This document shows positions 39,792 to 49,596 of a stretch of 64,000 bases of DNA, one piece after another. The stretch is from the NCBI GenBank assembly GCA_012838545.1, contig DUPC01000006.1:7903-71902 (forward strand). Reading direction: 5' to 3'. Every line of letters starts with the position of its first letter. Positions within the stretch are counted from its first letter, which is position 1. Source of the stretch: Acholeplasmataceae bacterium. Its GTDB lineage: Bacteria; Bacillota_I; Bacilli_A; ML615J-28; CAG-313. The notes beneath the pieces were generated by a model. That model saw only the letters and a program-made list of their open reading frames with translations, was not told the origin of the DNA and ran no database searches. Both the position numbers and the translations under genes were made by a program.

Positions 39792-40944
39792 GATTTTCCA
39801 CCCTCATTAAATGGATTTCGTAGGGATCAACCTTTAATCCGATTGGTTCGCCAACCGAATAGTTTTCGTAGGTATTAACAATAAACTCGTGTCCTTGAAT
39901 ATCAACCAACAATTCATTGTGCACGCCTTTAAAGATTGACGAAGTGACCATTCCCGAAAGTTTGGCTTTTTCGTGATTGACGACGTCAAAGTCTTCAGGG
40001 CGAATCACCACATCGACCGGTTCGTTAACCTTAAAAGGATGTTCCAAACAATCAAACTCGGCTCCCAAGAAAGCGACTTTTTGATTTCCCAAATACCTTC
40101 CGGGAATAATATTCGATTCACCGACAAAGGTTGCGACATACCGGTTAACCGGTTCGTTATAAATGTCTTTTGGCGTTCCCAGTTGTTGAATGAGTCCGTC
40201 TTTCATTACGACGATTCGGTCGCTCATCGTCATCGCTTCTTCCTGGTCATGCGTGACAAAGACGAAAGTAATGCCTAGTTTGCGTTGCATTTCTTTTAAC
40301 TCATATTGCATGTTTTGACGCAACTTCAAATCCAACGCCGCAAGCGGTTCGTCAAGCAACAATATTTGGGGACGATTGACGAGGGCTCGCGCTAAGGAAA
40401 CCCGCTGTTGTTGGCCGCCACTCATTTGGTCAATTTTACGTTTTTCCAGACCGGTTAATTTAACCAAATCCAAGACTTTTTTAACTGCTTCGGATATTTT
40501 TTCGTTGATTTTCTTTTTCAAATCGCGTTTGGTAACTCTGGGGTCGATGTGCCCCCTTGCTTCTTTTTCTTTTAATATTTCGCTACGCATTTCTTCTTCT
40601 TTAAAAAAACGACAAAGATAATCCCATCCGCGGTTTTTCAAACCAAAAGCTACATTTTCAAACACATTCAAGTGCGGGAATAAAGCATACTTTTGAAAAA
40701 CCGTGTTAATGGGGCGCGCATAAGGGGGAATATCATTAAAGACTTTGCCATTAATAATTATCTCGCCTTTATTCGGTTGTTCAAAACCGCCTATCATCCG
40801 CAACGTTGTCGTTTTCCCACAACCAGAAGGACCTAAAAGGGTGAGAAATTCGTTTTCGAATATTTGCAAATTGATGCCGTTGACAATTAAGTCGTCATCA
40901 AATTGTTTTACCACATCGCGTAATTCTATAATTACTTTTTTCAT
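39784..40944 (-). CDS. potA: spermidine/putrescine ABC transporter ATP-binding protein
   Basis: 386 aa; Walker A GPSGCGKTT, signature LSGGQQQRVSLARAL, C-terminal TOBE domain. Confidence 0.9.
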   Translation of the reverse strand: MKKVIIELRDVVKQFDDDLIVNGINLQIFENEFLTLLGPSGCGKTTTLRMIGGFEQPNKGEIIINGKVFNDIPPYARPINTVFQKYALFPHLNVFENVAFGLKNRGWDYLCRFFKEEEMRSEILKEKEARGHIDPRVTKRDLKKKINEKISEAVKKVLDLVKLTGLEKRKIDQMSGGQQQRVSLARALVNRPQILLLDEPLAALDLKLRQNMQYELKEMQRKLGITFVFVTHDQEEAMTMSDRIVVMKDGLIQQLGTPKDIYNEPVNRYVATFVGESNIIPGRYLGNQKVAFLGAEFDCLEHPFKVNEPVDVVIRPEDFDVVNHEKAKLSGMVTSSIFKGVHNELLVDIQGHEFIVNTYENYSVGEPIGLKVDPYEIHLMRVENHE

Positions 40945-40972
40945 TGATGGCCTCCCAAAAAAACATGGAATA

Positions 40973-41000
40973 ATTATATACCTTTTTTTTAGAAAATCAA
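40973..41000 (-). promoter_or_regulatory. putative pot operon promoter (TTGATT-16-TATAAT on the minus strand)
   Basis: Read as the reverse complement of 40973-41000. Confidence 0.4.
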
Positions 41001-41107
41001 GTCTTTTTCACTTAATTTTTTTGTGAAAAAAAGGGATATTTTTTTGCAAATGTCAAAAAAAGCCCCGCTAAAAAACGAGACTTTTTTTACACTTTTTAGG
41101 AAAAAAA

Positions 41108-42292
41108 TTACCAATCCAATAACCGTTTTTGACCTTGAAGGGAACGGATGTGGGTGGCATCCTGAGTGACTTCCAGAACTCCTTTATAGTTATTCTGTTC
41201 ATCCCTTAAAGCATAATAAACGATATAAATGAAGCGATTTTTATATTCAATCCAAAACTCCGCTTTATCCGCTATCCCCAAGCGGAATGATTCAATAATC
41301 TTTTGAACCACATGCACGCTTTTTTCCGGATGGCAAAGTTCTACACTTCTACCGATAACCGAGGGGGTTCTTGGAAAAATCCTGCTGGCTGTTTCGTTAA
41401 AATAAGCAACGCGGTTAAATTCATCCACAAACGTAATATCTACCGGTAAATGCTTCAAAATCAAATCCAATTGTTCAAAGTTAAGCGCTCCTGTTAAAGT
41501 TTTAAAGGTTTGATCTTCCAAAGTGCTTGGTTTTGGGGTTTGTTCTTCCACTTGAATGGGTTCAATCATAACCGCAGGAAAAGTCGCAGCTTCTTTAGCC
41601 ATTTGTTTCCATTCTTCGGGGCTTATGATATATGAGGCTATTGGGAAAAGGATTTGTTCTTCCTTATAAAGGATTCCCATTAAAAGAAAGTAAAACTCGC
41701 CAATTTGCCTGTTTAAAAGTTTTTCGTCCTTTTCATTTTGTTTTAAGTGGTCAAGGATAGCATCCATTAATGCATTGCAATCGTCATGGAGACTCCATAA
41801 AACCGATAACGGCCTGGTGGAGGGGATTTTCTTTTCCATGATAGGAAAAAGAATGTTTTGCATCTTAATGAATTTGTTTTCCACAACCAACAATTGGGCT
41901 AAGGCAGTTTGGAAACGGCTCATACTTTTGGAATCGCTCAAGGTTTTAACTGCCTCTTTCATGGCCGTCAAGTGTTGTTTGATGGCCTGGTTTTCTGTTA
42001 AGAAATGTTCCATTAAAGGCGAACAGAAGCGATTCCAAGAAAACTTTTTCAACCCTTGGCTGAATAAATTGACAAACTTGCCGGCTTCGCTTTTAATTTG
42101 GTCAATGGTTAAAAGGACTTCCTGCGCATAATCGCTCAAACAAAAGATTTCAAATGGGGTAATATCCTGAAGAGTTTCCTCGTATTTTTCCACAACCTCT
42201 TTTTTGTCGGAACTTTTTTTATATTCTTCCATGAATTGATTAAGCAAAGCGATACGCTTTTGGTTAATATCCTTAAATGATTTTCTTTTCAT
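41108..42292 (-). CDS. DUF438 family protein with hemerythrin-like region and C-terminal PAS domain
   Basis: 394 aa; C-terminal ...LPVDITFVDEFNRVAYFNETASRIF...VELCHPEKS... PAS-like fold; typical DUF438 architecture. Lies 5 nt downstream of the ABC pair. Confidence 0.6.
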   Translation of the reverse strand: MKRKSFKDINQKRIALLNQFMEEYKKSSDKKEVVEKYEETLQDITPFEIFCLSDYAQEVLLTIDQIKSEAGKFVNLFSQGLKKFSWNRFCSPLMEHFLTENQAIKQHLTAMKEAVKTLSDSKSMSRFQTALAQLLVVENKFIKMQNILFPIMEKKIPSTRPLSVLWSLHDDCNALMDAILDHLKQNEKDEKLLNRQIGEFYFLLMGILYKEEQILFPIASYIISPEEWKQMAKEAATFPAVMIEPIQVEEQTPKPSTLEDQTFKTLTGALNFEQLDLILKHLPVDITFVDEFNRVAYFNETASRIFPRTPSVIGRSVELCHPEKSVHVVQKIIESFRLGIADKAEFWIEYKNRFIYIVYYALRDEQNNYKGVLEVTQDATHIRSLQGQKRLLDW

Positions 42293-42297
42293 AATCC

Positions 42298-44157
42298 TTA
42301 TACCGCACTCTCTTTTAATTTCAACCCGTTGTCGATTTGATAGTTTTTGGCTTGCGCCATGAAGAGTTTGTAATACAAACTGTCTTTCTTCTGCATTAAA
42401 TTATGGTGCGTATCGTAGTCTACCGCTTTTCCGCCATCGATAATCAAAATGCGATCGCAGAAAACCGAACTCGACATCCGGTGCGAGATGTAGATAGCGG
42501 TTTTGTCGTGAATGAGATCGTTAAAGTGTTGATAAATTTCCGCTTCGGCCAATGGGTCGAGTGCCGAAGTGGGTTCATCTAAAATAACCAGCGATGCGTC
42601 TTTATATAAAGCTCTGGCAATTGCCAATTTTTGCATTTCCCCTCCCGAAAGTTCCGTGCCTTCTTCGTCATAGGCCTTATTGAGCGGGGTTTTTTCTTGT
42701 TTCGGAAGCGACATCACTTTTTCGTAAATACCGACTTGTTTTAAGATTTGCGTAAGTTTTTCTGCATCCATAATTTCTACGCCGGTGACGTTTTCTGAAA
42801 TACTGTAGGCAAACATTTGAAAATCTTGGAAAACCGCGGTAATTTGTCTGCGATATGATTCTGCATCATATTCCTCAATATTGATATCATTGATGTAAAT
42901 GGTACCCTTTAACGGTTTATACAAACGGCATAAAAGTTTAATCAACGTGGTTTTGCCTGCGCCGTTTAATCCCACAATCGAGATCCGTTCGCCCGCTTTG
43001 AGGGAAAAACTGATGTTATCCAAAACCATTTTGTCGCTTTTCGGATAGGAAAAACTGACGTTTTCAAACCTGATGGATTCAATTTTGGTTAACTCATAAT
43101 TTCCTTTCTTTTCGGCCTCATCTTCCAAATTCATAAACTCCATAAACGGTTCCAAATACTCAAGCATTTGGGAAATCGTCACAAATTGGTCAAAGAAACG
43201 GGTAACGGAACCAGAAAACCGCAGGGCACTATTGACATACATCGTAAAGCTTCCCAAAGAAATCTTTTCGCCCCAAATTCCTAAGGTCCTGAAGGCAATG
43301 TAAAGGTAAATGATTGTTGATTGCAAGACATTGATGACGCGAATCAAACCGCCCATCAAACCCAACTTATGATAACTTTGACGAAAAGACGTCATAATGG
43401 AATGGTTATAGGTTTTCACGCGTTCCAAAATCAAATCCGACGCATCGTATAAACGAATGTCTTTAGCATAGGGAAAATGGTACCCCAGCGACATATAATA
43501 ACCGTAGCGCCGGTTAATCGGAATCAAACTGCGCATAAAATTGACTTGATAATTTTTGAAATAAATGCGGATTAACAAAATCAAACCGATGGTTATCAAC
43601 AAAGCGATTAATAAATAAACGCTCAACGTTACCATGATGGTTACTAACGCTATAATCGTTATCGATTCTTGAATAATCAAGGCAAAACTGTTAATAAGAT
43701 TTCTTAAAGCAGATTGGTTGGTTTGCGCAAAAAGCGCTCTTTCTTTTAAATCAAGGTAATAGGGGTCCTCCAAATATTGATAACTGACTGCCATAATCTT
43801 TTTGGCCATTTCGCCCGGAAACATTTTATCCACATAACTGGTTTTGACGTCAAGCAGCCTTTTGTATGTTTGGTTGATGAAAGCAAAAATTAAATTGGCC
43901 AAAACAATTAAAGCACCGAAAAAGAAAACTTTTGAAAAAATGGTAAAGATATCCTCAAACCTAAACACATAACCAGCGAAAATAACATTTTTACTGGTAA
44001 GTTCAACCAATTCATCGACTAAGAACTTAGGCAAGATGACATTGGCGACGATTTGCGCACTGGACAGAAGCGATCCCGCAAGCAGCAAAACAAAATAGCT
44101 TGGCGAGATTTTAAAAGCAATTTTAACAAAGAGAAAAAAACTACGCAACCGTTTCAT
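42298..44157 (-). CDS. ABC transporter permease/ATP-binding protein (exporter half)
   Basis: 619 aa; TMD plus NBD (GLNGAGKTT, LSGGEMQKLAIARAL, LVILDEPTS). Confidence 0.9.
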   Translation of the reverse strand: MKRLRSFFLFVKIAFKISPSYFVLLLAGSLLSSAQIVANVILPKFLVDELVELTSKNVIFAGYVFRFEDIFTIFSKVFFFGALIVLANLIFAFINQTYKRLLDVKTSYVDKMFPGEMAKKIMAVSYQYLEDPYYLDLKERALFAQTNQSALRNLINSFALIIQESITIIALVTIMVTLSVYLLIALLITIGLILLIRIYFKNYQVNFMRSLIPINRRYGYYMSLGYHFPYAKDIRLYDASDLILERVKTYNHSIMTSFRQSYHKLGLMGGLIRVINVLQSTIIYLYIAFRTLGIWGEKISLGSFTMYVNSALRFSGSVTRFFDQFVTISQMLEYLEPFMEFMNLEDEAEKKGNYELTKIESIRFENVSFSYPKSDKMVLDNISFSLKAGERISIVGLNGAGKTTLIKLLCRLYKPLKGTIYINDINIEEYDAESYRRQITAVFQDFQMFAYSISENVTGVEIMDAEKLTQILKQVGIYEKVMSLPKQEKTPLNKAYDEEGTELSGGEMQKLAIARALYKDASLVILDEPTSALDPLAEAEIYQHFNDLIHDKTAIYISHRMSSSVFCDRILIIDGGKAVDYDTHHNLMQKKDSLYYKLFMAQAKNYQIDNGLKLKESAV

Positions 44158-45955
44158 CGCTGTTCTCCTGTGTTTGATAGTATTTGCCTTGGGTGACGAA
44201 CATATGATAATATTTACCTTCTAGGGCCATTAACTCATCGTGGCTGCCATATTCCACCAAACCGTCTTCGTTGAAAAAGGCAATTTTATCGCAAAATTTG
44301 GTGCTTGCCAGCCGGTGCGAAACATATATGGTGGTTTTATTGGTTACCAGTTCATTGAAACGTTGATAGATATCCGCCTCAGCCAAGGCATCAAGGGCGG
44401 AAGTCGGTTCGTCAAGGATAATCATTTTCGATTGTTTAAAGAGGGCTCGGGCAATTGCCAATTTCTGGTTTTCGCCCCCCGAAAGTTCAATGCCATTTTC
44501 GTCGATTACTTTTAACAACATATGGTCAAGACCACCGGAAAGCGAAGAAATCTTTTCCTCCAAACCGGCTTTAATCAAGCAGTCCCAAACTTCTTCGTCG
44601 GAACGGTCATGTCCCATCGTGACGTTTTGCCGAACCGGAAAAGCGAAGATATTGATATTTTGGAAAACAACCGAAAACATGGATAAATAACCGAACAGTT
44701 CATATTGTTTAATGGGAACTCCGTTAACGAGTATTTCCCCTTCTTCAACATCGAAAAGTCTGGTCAGGAGTTTTACCAATGTCGTTTTTCCGGCACCGTT
44801 AACCCCCACTATGGCCAACTTTTCTCCCTTGGCAATTTTCAGGTTAAGCTTTTGATAAATATATTTATCGGTTTTAGGATATTTAAAAGTAACGTTTCTA
44901 AATTCCACTTCCAAGGTATCGTCGCTTGACGGCGGAAGCGTTCCTTCGTTGGTTACAAGCGGGGAATCGATAAAGCGGAAGAAATCGTTGACGTAGCGCA
45001 GTTCGTTACGCATGGTGGTTAAATCCCCGATGATTGTCTTTAAAGCGGTGCTTAAAGCAAGGCAGGCACCCAAATACATGGTAAATGACGCCAAATCCAT
45101 TCCTTCTAAGTATTTTTTAATCAAAAATGCATAAACGGTAATGTCACTCAACAAAACAAAAAACAAGTCAAATAAAGCCCAACCGTATTCTCTGTTTTTG
45201 ATTTTTCGGAAAACTTTTTGGTAACTCAATATTTCGTTTTTATAACAATCCATGACTTTGTCGCCCAAACGGTAAAGCCTGATGTCTTTTCCAAATTTGA
45301 AATCATGGGTTACTTCATTGTAATACCGGGTTTTCCGATTGGCTTGCGCAAGTAGCGCTCTTTGGGAATACCGATAACGCTCCACGAACTTGCTGGTAAA
45401 ATAACCCACGATGATGCTTAAGAAAATAGCCAAAAAAGCCCAAGGACTCAGCAAGGAAACCAAAATGACATACATGACTATGGAAAGAATTTTAGCCGCA
45501 ATCTCGAACATACTGTGATATAATTGTTCGATTCCGTTATTGTTGGACGAACATGCCTGAAAAGCCAATTCATATTCGGTACCGAAGCTCGGATCTTCGG
45601 TGTATTTGTAATCCATCGTCAGAAACAATTTAAACTGAATAAATAAATAGCGAATCCTTAAGTAGGTTATCCGCGTATAGGAAACGGAATGGGTGTAATT
45701 TTCCAAAAAGTTTGTAATAGCGCTGATGAGGAAAAAGATGGCTCCAACCAAAAGGATGGAATTGATAATAATACTATCCGCCAATAGCTGCGAAATCAAG
45801 TATTTTGGAAACACGACTCCCACCACGGGGTGAATTGAAGCACAAAGGGTATAAACAACAAAGAGTCCGATGATTTTTGGATCATGATCTTTGAGATACT
45901 TAAGCATCCTAAAAAGGGCATGGGGTTTTTTGTTGGCTGGTTTTGCGTTTTCCAT
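44141..45955 (-). CDS. ABC transporter permease/ATP-binding protein (exporter half)
   Basis: 604 aa; TMD plus NBD (GVNGAGKTT, LSGGENQKLAIARAL, MIILDEPTS). Confidence 0.9.
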   Translation of the reverse strand: MENAKPANKKPHALFRMLKYLKDHDPKIIGLFVVYTLCASIHPVVGVVFPKYLISQLLADSIIINSILLVGAIFFLISAITNFLENYTHSVSYTRITYLRIRYLFIQFKLFLTMDYKYTEDPSFGTEYELAFQACSSNNNGIEQLYHSMFEIAAKILSIVMYVILVSLLSPWAFLAIFLSIIVGYFTSKFVERYRYSQRALLAQANRKTRYYNEVTHDFKFGKDIRLYRLGDKVMDCYKNEILSYQKVFRKIKNREYGWALFDLFFVLLSDITVYAFLIKKYLEGMDLASFTMYLGACLALSTALKTIIGDLTTMRNELRYVNDFFRFIDSPLVTNEGTLPPSSDDTLEVEFRNVTFKYPKTDKYIYQKLNLKIAKGEKLAIVGVNGAGKTTLVKLLTRLFDVEEGEILVNGVPIKQYELFGYLSMFSVVFQNINIFAFPVRQNVTMGHDRSDEEVWDCLIKAGLEEKISSLSGGLDHMLLKVIDENGIELSGGENQKLAIARALFKQSKMIILDEPTSALDALAEADIYQRFNELVTNKTTIYVSHRLASTKFCDKIAFFNEDGLVEYGSHDELMALEGKYYHMFVTQGKYYQTQENSDETVA

Positions 45956-46077
45956 ATGTTATTTTCCTTTCCCGACTGTTATACCTAATTTTTTAGTAAT
46001 TATATCACAGTTAGTTTGAATCTCGACTTTTTTTAAGAAAAAACCCGTTACGTATATTTAAACGAACGGATTCATAA

Positions 46078-46554
46078 TCAATCGTTTTCTTTAAACAATT
46101 GTTTGTAATTGTTGATTAAAATAATTAGGCGCATCTTGGCTTGGTCAACCTCTTTGACATTGCGAACCTTGATAATCCCGCGATTTCGGGTAACGATATA
46201 AAGCGTACCCGTAGTTAATGAAAAAACCTCCCAAGAAAATCTGCGGCTGTAGACCATATCAATATCCCTTATGGCGATTGCGCAGGTGGTAAAAATGCGA
46301 TGGATGATAACCCTTTTTCCATCATGGTCTACCACAACATAAGGCCTTACGATAAACCACAGCAGCCAGAGGAAAAGGAAACCTCCCACCCCCAACAAAA
46401 TCCCAAGCACTATCGGATACAACTGATAATGGGCAAAATCGCCCAAGATCAAAACTAAAACCAAAACAAGGATGATTCCTAGAATTACGGTTAAAACTTT
46501 TCGCCTGCCTGTGCTTTTAAAAGCAATTACAAATAAATCGTCTTTTTGTTCCAT
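46078..46554 (-). CDS. hypothetical membrane protein, possibly bacterial PH-domain (YdbS-like)
   Basis: About 158 aa from MEQKDDLF...; two TM helices, then a beta-rich domain. Listed ORF trimmed to the internal Met; identity uncertain. Confidence 0.35.
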   Translation of the reverse strand: MEQKDDLFVIAFKSTGRRKVLTVILGIILVLVLVLILGDFAHYQLYPIVLGILLGVGGFLFLWLLWFIVRPYVVVDHDGKRVIIHRIFTTCAIAIRDIDMVYSRRFSWEVFSLTTGTLYIVTRNRGIIKVRNVKEVDQAKMRLIILINNYKQLFKEND

Positions 46555-46655
46555 CTTGTCAACACTTCTTTCGTAGGTTTTTAAATTATTATAACAGCCA
46601 AACGGGTTATTGTCAATAAATTCAATTTTTTTAAAAAAATTTATTAACATATTAC

Positions 46656-46688
46656 TTGACATATAATACTATATATTGTATAGTATTA
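46656..46688 (+). promoter_or_regulatory. PadR promoter with overlapping 10-bp inverted repeat (candidate PadR operator)
   Basis: TTGACA at 46656-46661, TATAGT at 46679-46684. Inverted repeat TAATACTATA (46664-46673), 5 nt, TATAGTATTA (46679-46688). Confidence 0.5.
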
Positions 46689-46706
46689 CACATGAGGAGG
46701 TATTAT

Positions 46707-47018
46707 ATGGACGCCCAATTAAAAAAGGGCTTTTTGGAAATATTGGTGCTTGCAGCTTTGAAGTTTAAAGCATCCTACGGATACAAGATCATTCAGGATA
46801 TTTCTCAAGTTTTCGAAATATCCGAATCGACGCTTTATCCCATCCTTAAACGCCTTGAAGCCCAAGGACTAGTTACAACATATACCGAAGAACATCAGTC
46901 TCGATTGAGACGGTATTATCGAATCACCGATGAAGGACGGGTTAAATTAACCGAAAGTCAATCCGACTTTGAGGAGATTAAATTAATTTATCATTATATT
47001 TTAAGGAAAGAGGATTAA
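46707..47018 (+). CDS. PadR family transcriptional regulator
   Basis: 103 aa from ATG 46707 (RBS GAGGAGG). GFLEILVLAALKFKASYGYKI...STLYPILKRLEAQGLV is a canonical PadR winged helix. Confidence 0.8.
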   Translation: MDAQLKKGFLEILVLAALKFKASYGYKIIQDISQVFEISESTLYPILKRLEAQGLVTTYTEEHQSRLRRYYRITDEGRVKLTESQSDFEEIKLIYHYILRKED

Positions 47019-47020
47019 AC

Positions 47021-47575
47021 ATGCGAAAAAGGGAATTTTTGTATCGCCTTGACACCGCTTTAGAATCATTTCCGACCTCAGAACGGGAAGAAATAATTCA
47101 CTATTATGAGGAGTTGATTCAAGATGCTTTGGACAACGGCGAGGATGAAGAAAATTTTATTGAAAAATTGGGTTCGATTGATAAAATTGTTCGAACCATC
47201 AAAAAAGACAGCGATTTCGTGGAAAATGTCAAAGAAAAGAAAAACTTTGAACTTAAACAAACCTTTGACAAAGGGGTTAAAATTGTCGGACGCATTTTGA
47301 GTGTCGTCGCACTTGTCGTTTCGGTTTGTTTTGGCATCGCTTTTACCATCTATGGGCTTAACGGTATCATAAGAGGAGTTATCGCCATGGTCATGACAAT
47401 TAACGCCAAACTTTCCGCCGTATCCACTTTGTACTATCTTGGCACTATAAGCCTTTTTTTAGGAATTATGTTGCTTGCGATTACCTTTATTTGGTATGTA
47501 ATAAAAAACGTCGGTACAAAACTAGAACTGCTTTATGAAAAAATTGAAGAACTCTTTAAGAAAGGAGGCAAATAA
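47021..47575 (+). CDS. DUF1700 family membrane protein
   Basis: 184 aa; N-terminal MRKREFLYRLDTALESFPTSEREEIIHYYEELI typical of DUF1700; C-terminal TM helices; follows PadR. Confidence 0.6.
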   Translation: MRKREFLYRLDTALESFPTSEREEIIHYYEELIQDALDNGEDEENFIEKLGSIDKIVRTIKKDSDFVENVKEKKNFELKQTFDKGVKIVGRILSVVALVVSVCFGIAFTIYGLNGIIRGVIAMVMTINAKLSAVSTLYYLGTISLFLGIMLLAITFIWYVIKNVGTKLELLYEKIEELFKKGGK

Positions 47576-47576
47576 C

Positions 47577-48431
47577 ATGAAACGTTTATTTTGGATTGCC
47601 TTACTGATTTTTGTCCTTGGGGTAATCGCCACGATTACTTTTGGTTTGATTGCCCGAGAAGAATTGCGTTCGTTCGCATCAGGTAAAGACGAATACGACA
47701 AAATCACCAAAAATTATTCCCCAGAGGAAATAGCTGGTTTAACTAATATATCGGTGGATATCTTTAATCGCGCATTATATGTGCTTCCAAGCGAAACCGA
47801 TGAAATCATCGTACAATATTACAATACCCCATATGGAAAGATTACCGAAAAATTGGAAGACAGCCGCTTGTCGTTTGATGAAAGCATTGTGGTAAAGATT
47901 TTTCATTTTGGTTTAGATTGGCTAAAAAGCCTCATGTATCCCGATTACAATCGGTTTTACTTGTATTTGCCGGAAAACCTAACCGTTAATTTAAAACTTA
48001 ATACAACCAACGGACGTTTGGAAATCAAAAATATCAATTTAACGGAATTGAAAGGCGCTACATCCAACGGACGAATTGTCCTTGAGGATTTGAACGCAAC
48101 CAAAATCGATGTTGCCAGTTCCAACGGCGCAATTATTGCAAGTAGAGTTGAAGCTTTAGAATCGATTAAATTAAAAACATCCAACGGACGGATCTCGGTG
48201 GACGGTATGGAAACGCCCTATTTGTTCTGCGATACCTCTAACGGTCGAATCAACGTGGAAATCGAAGGCAATAAAGATGAATACTATATCAATATGACTA
48301 CCACAAACGGCAGTTATTATGTGAACGGCGAAAAGAGCCGGAATGCGGAAATCAACGATGAAGATCTGGCCAAAAAGATTATTCTCGATACCTCAAACGG
48401 CGATATCTCGATATTTTTTTCGACTAAATAA
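47577..48431 (+). CDS. DUF4097 (putative adhesin/beta-helix) family protein, YvlB/LiaF-like
   Basis: 284 aa from ATG 47577 (RBS AGGAGG); N-terminal TM; seven repeats carrying T/SSNG(R) motifs. Confidence 0.6.
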   Translation: MKRLFWIALLIFVLGVIATITFGLIAREELRSFASGKDEYDKITKNYSPEEIAGLTNISVDIFNRALYVLPSETDEIIVQYYNTPYGKITEKLEDSRLSFDESIVVKIFHFGLDWLKSLMYPDYNRFYLYLPENLTVNLKLNTTNGRLEIKNINLTELKGATSNGRIVLEDLNATKIDVASSNGAIIASRVEALESIKLKTSNGRISVDGMETPYLFCDTSNGRINVEIEGNKDEYYINMTTTNGSYYVNGEKSRNAEINDEDLAKKIILDTSNGDISIFFSTK

Positions 48432-48493
48432 ATGTGTATTTATTATAAAAAAAGCATTTTTTTAGTACAATAAAGATAGCAACAGGAGGTTCT

Positions 48494-49516
48494 ATGTCCA
48501 AACTATATTCAGCATACCAATTAAAAGGCCAAACGATAAAGAATCGCTTGGTAATGGCACCGATGTGCATGTATTCGGCCGCGCAGGGGCTCGCCAATGA
48601 TTGGCACTTAGCTCACTACCTTTCCCGTGCAGTGGGTGGGGTAGGAACGATTGTTGTTGAAGCAACCGGGGTTTTGCCGGAAGGAAGAATTACCGAACAA
48701 GACCTAGGGCTTTGGGATGATTCCCAAATCGCGCCTTTAAAACGGATCGTGGATGAGGTCAAGCGCTATAATTGTTTTATCGGCATTCAGCTTAACCATG
48801 CAGGGAGAAAAAGCCAAACGCAGGGAAAAATCTTTGCTCCTTCAAGCATAGCCTTTGAAACCATGCCTACCCCCATCGAAATGACTAAAGAAGATATTCA
48901 AAAAGTCATCGAAAGTTTCCAACAGGCCGCTCTTCGCGCCGATAGGGCCGGATTTGATTTTATCCAAATCCATGGGGCCCACGGTTACTTAATCAATCAG
49001 TTTTTGTCCCCTCTAACCAACAAGCGGAATGACAAATATGGTGGAACTCTTACAAACCGCACCCGCTTTTTGAGAGAAATCATTCAGGCAATAACTTCAG
49101 TTTGGCCTAAAGAAAAAATCCTTTCCCTACGGGTTTCCGCCGAAGAATACCATCCGGATGGCAACCATGTGGAAGAAATATGTGAAGTTATCAATTTAAG
49201 CAAAGATTTTGGAATTGATATGATCGATGTCAGCAGCGGCGGTGTCGTAAACGTTAAAATCAACGCTTTCCCCGGTTATCAATTGCCTTTTGCTCAAAAG
49301 GTAAAGGAAAAAACCGCTTTACCGGTTACCGGCGGAGGTTTAATCTGTACCGCAAGCGAAGCAGAAAAAGCATTGAGCGACTTTGGCCTTGATCTTATCT
49401 TTATGGGAAGAGAACTTCTTCGCAATCCGTTTCTGCCACTCAATCAGGCCAGCCCTTTAGGGGTCGACTTGGAATGGCCTTATCAATATAAACGCGCTAA
49501 GATTGTACCCAAATAA
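48494..49516 (+). CDS. namA: NADPH dehydrogenase, Old Yellow Enzyme family (YqjM/NamA-like)
   Basis: 340 aa; LVMAPMCMYSA...NDWHLAHY...GIQLNHAGRK conserved OYE motifs. Confidence 0.85.
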   Translation: MSKLYSAYQLKGQTIKNRLVMAPMCMYSAAQGLANDWHLAHYLSRAVGGVGTIVVEATGVLPEGRITEQDLGLWDDSQIAPLKRIVDEVKRYNCFIGIQLNHAGRKSQTQGKIFAPSSIAFETMPTPIEMTKEDIQKVIESFQQAALRADRAGFDFIQIHGAHGYLINQFLSPLTNKRNDKYGGTLTNRTRFLREIIQAITSVWPKEKILSLRVSAEEYHPDGNHVEEICEVINLSKDFGIDMIDVSSGGVVNVKINAFPGYQLPFAQKVKEKTALPVTGGGLICTASEAEKALSDFGLDLIFMGRELLRNPFLPLNQASPLGVDLEWPYQYKRAKIVPK

Positions 49517-49546
49517 TTCTCTTCCGCTTTTCTCCCTTTTTTAAAA

Positions 49547-49585
49547 CGGCTTATCTCAAGACTGAGTAAGCCGCTTTTTCTTTTT
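49547..49585. terminator. bidirectional terminator between namA and the GH9 gene
   Basis: CGGCTTA...TAAGCCG stem with T-runs on both strands. Confidence 0.6.
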
Positions 49586-49596
49586 GGAAAAAATAT

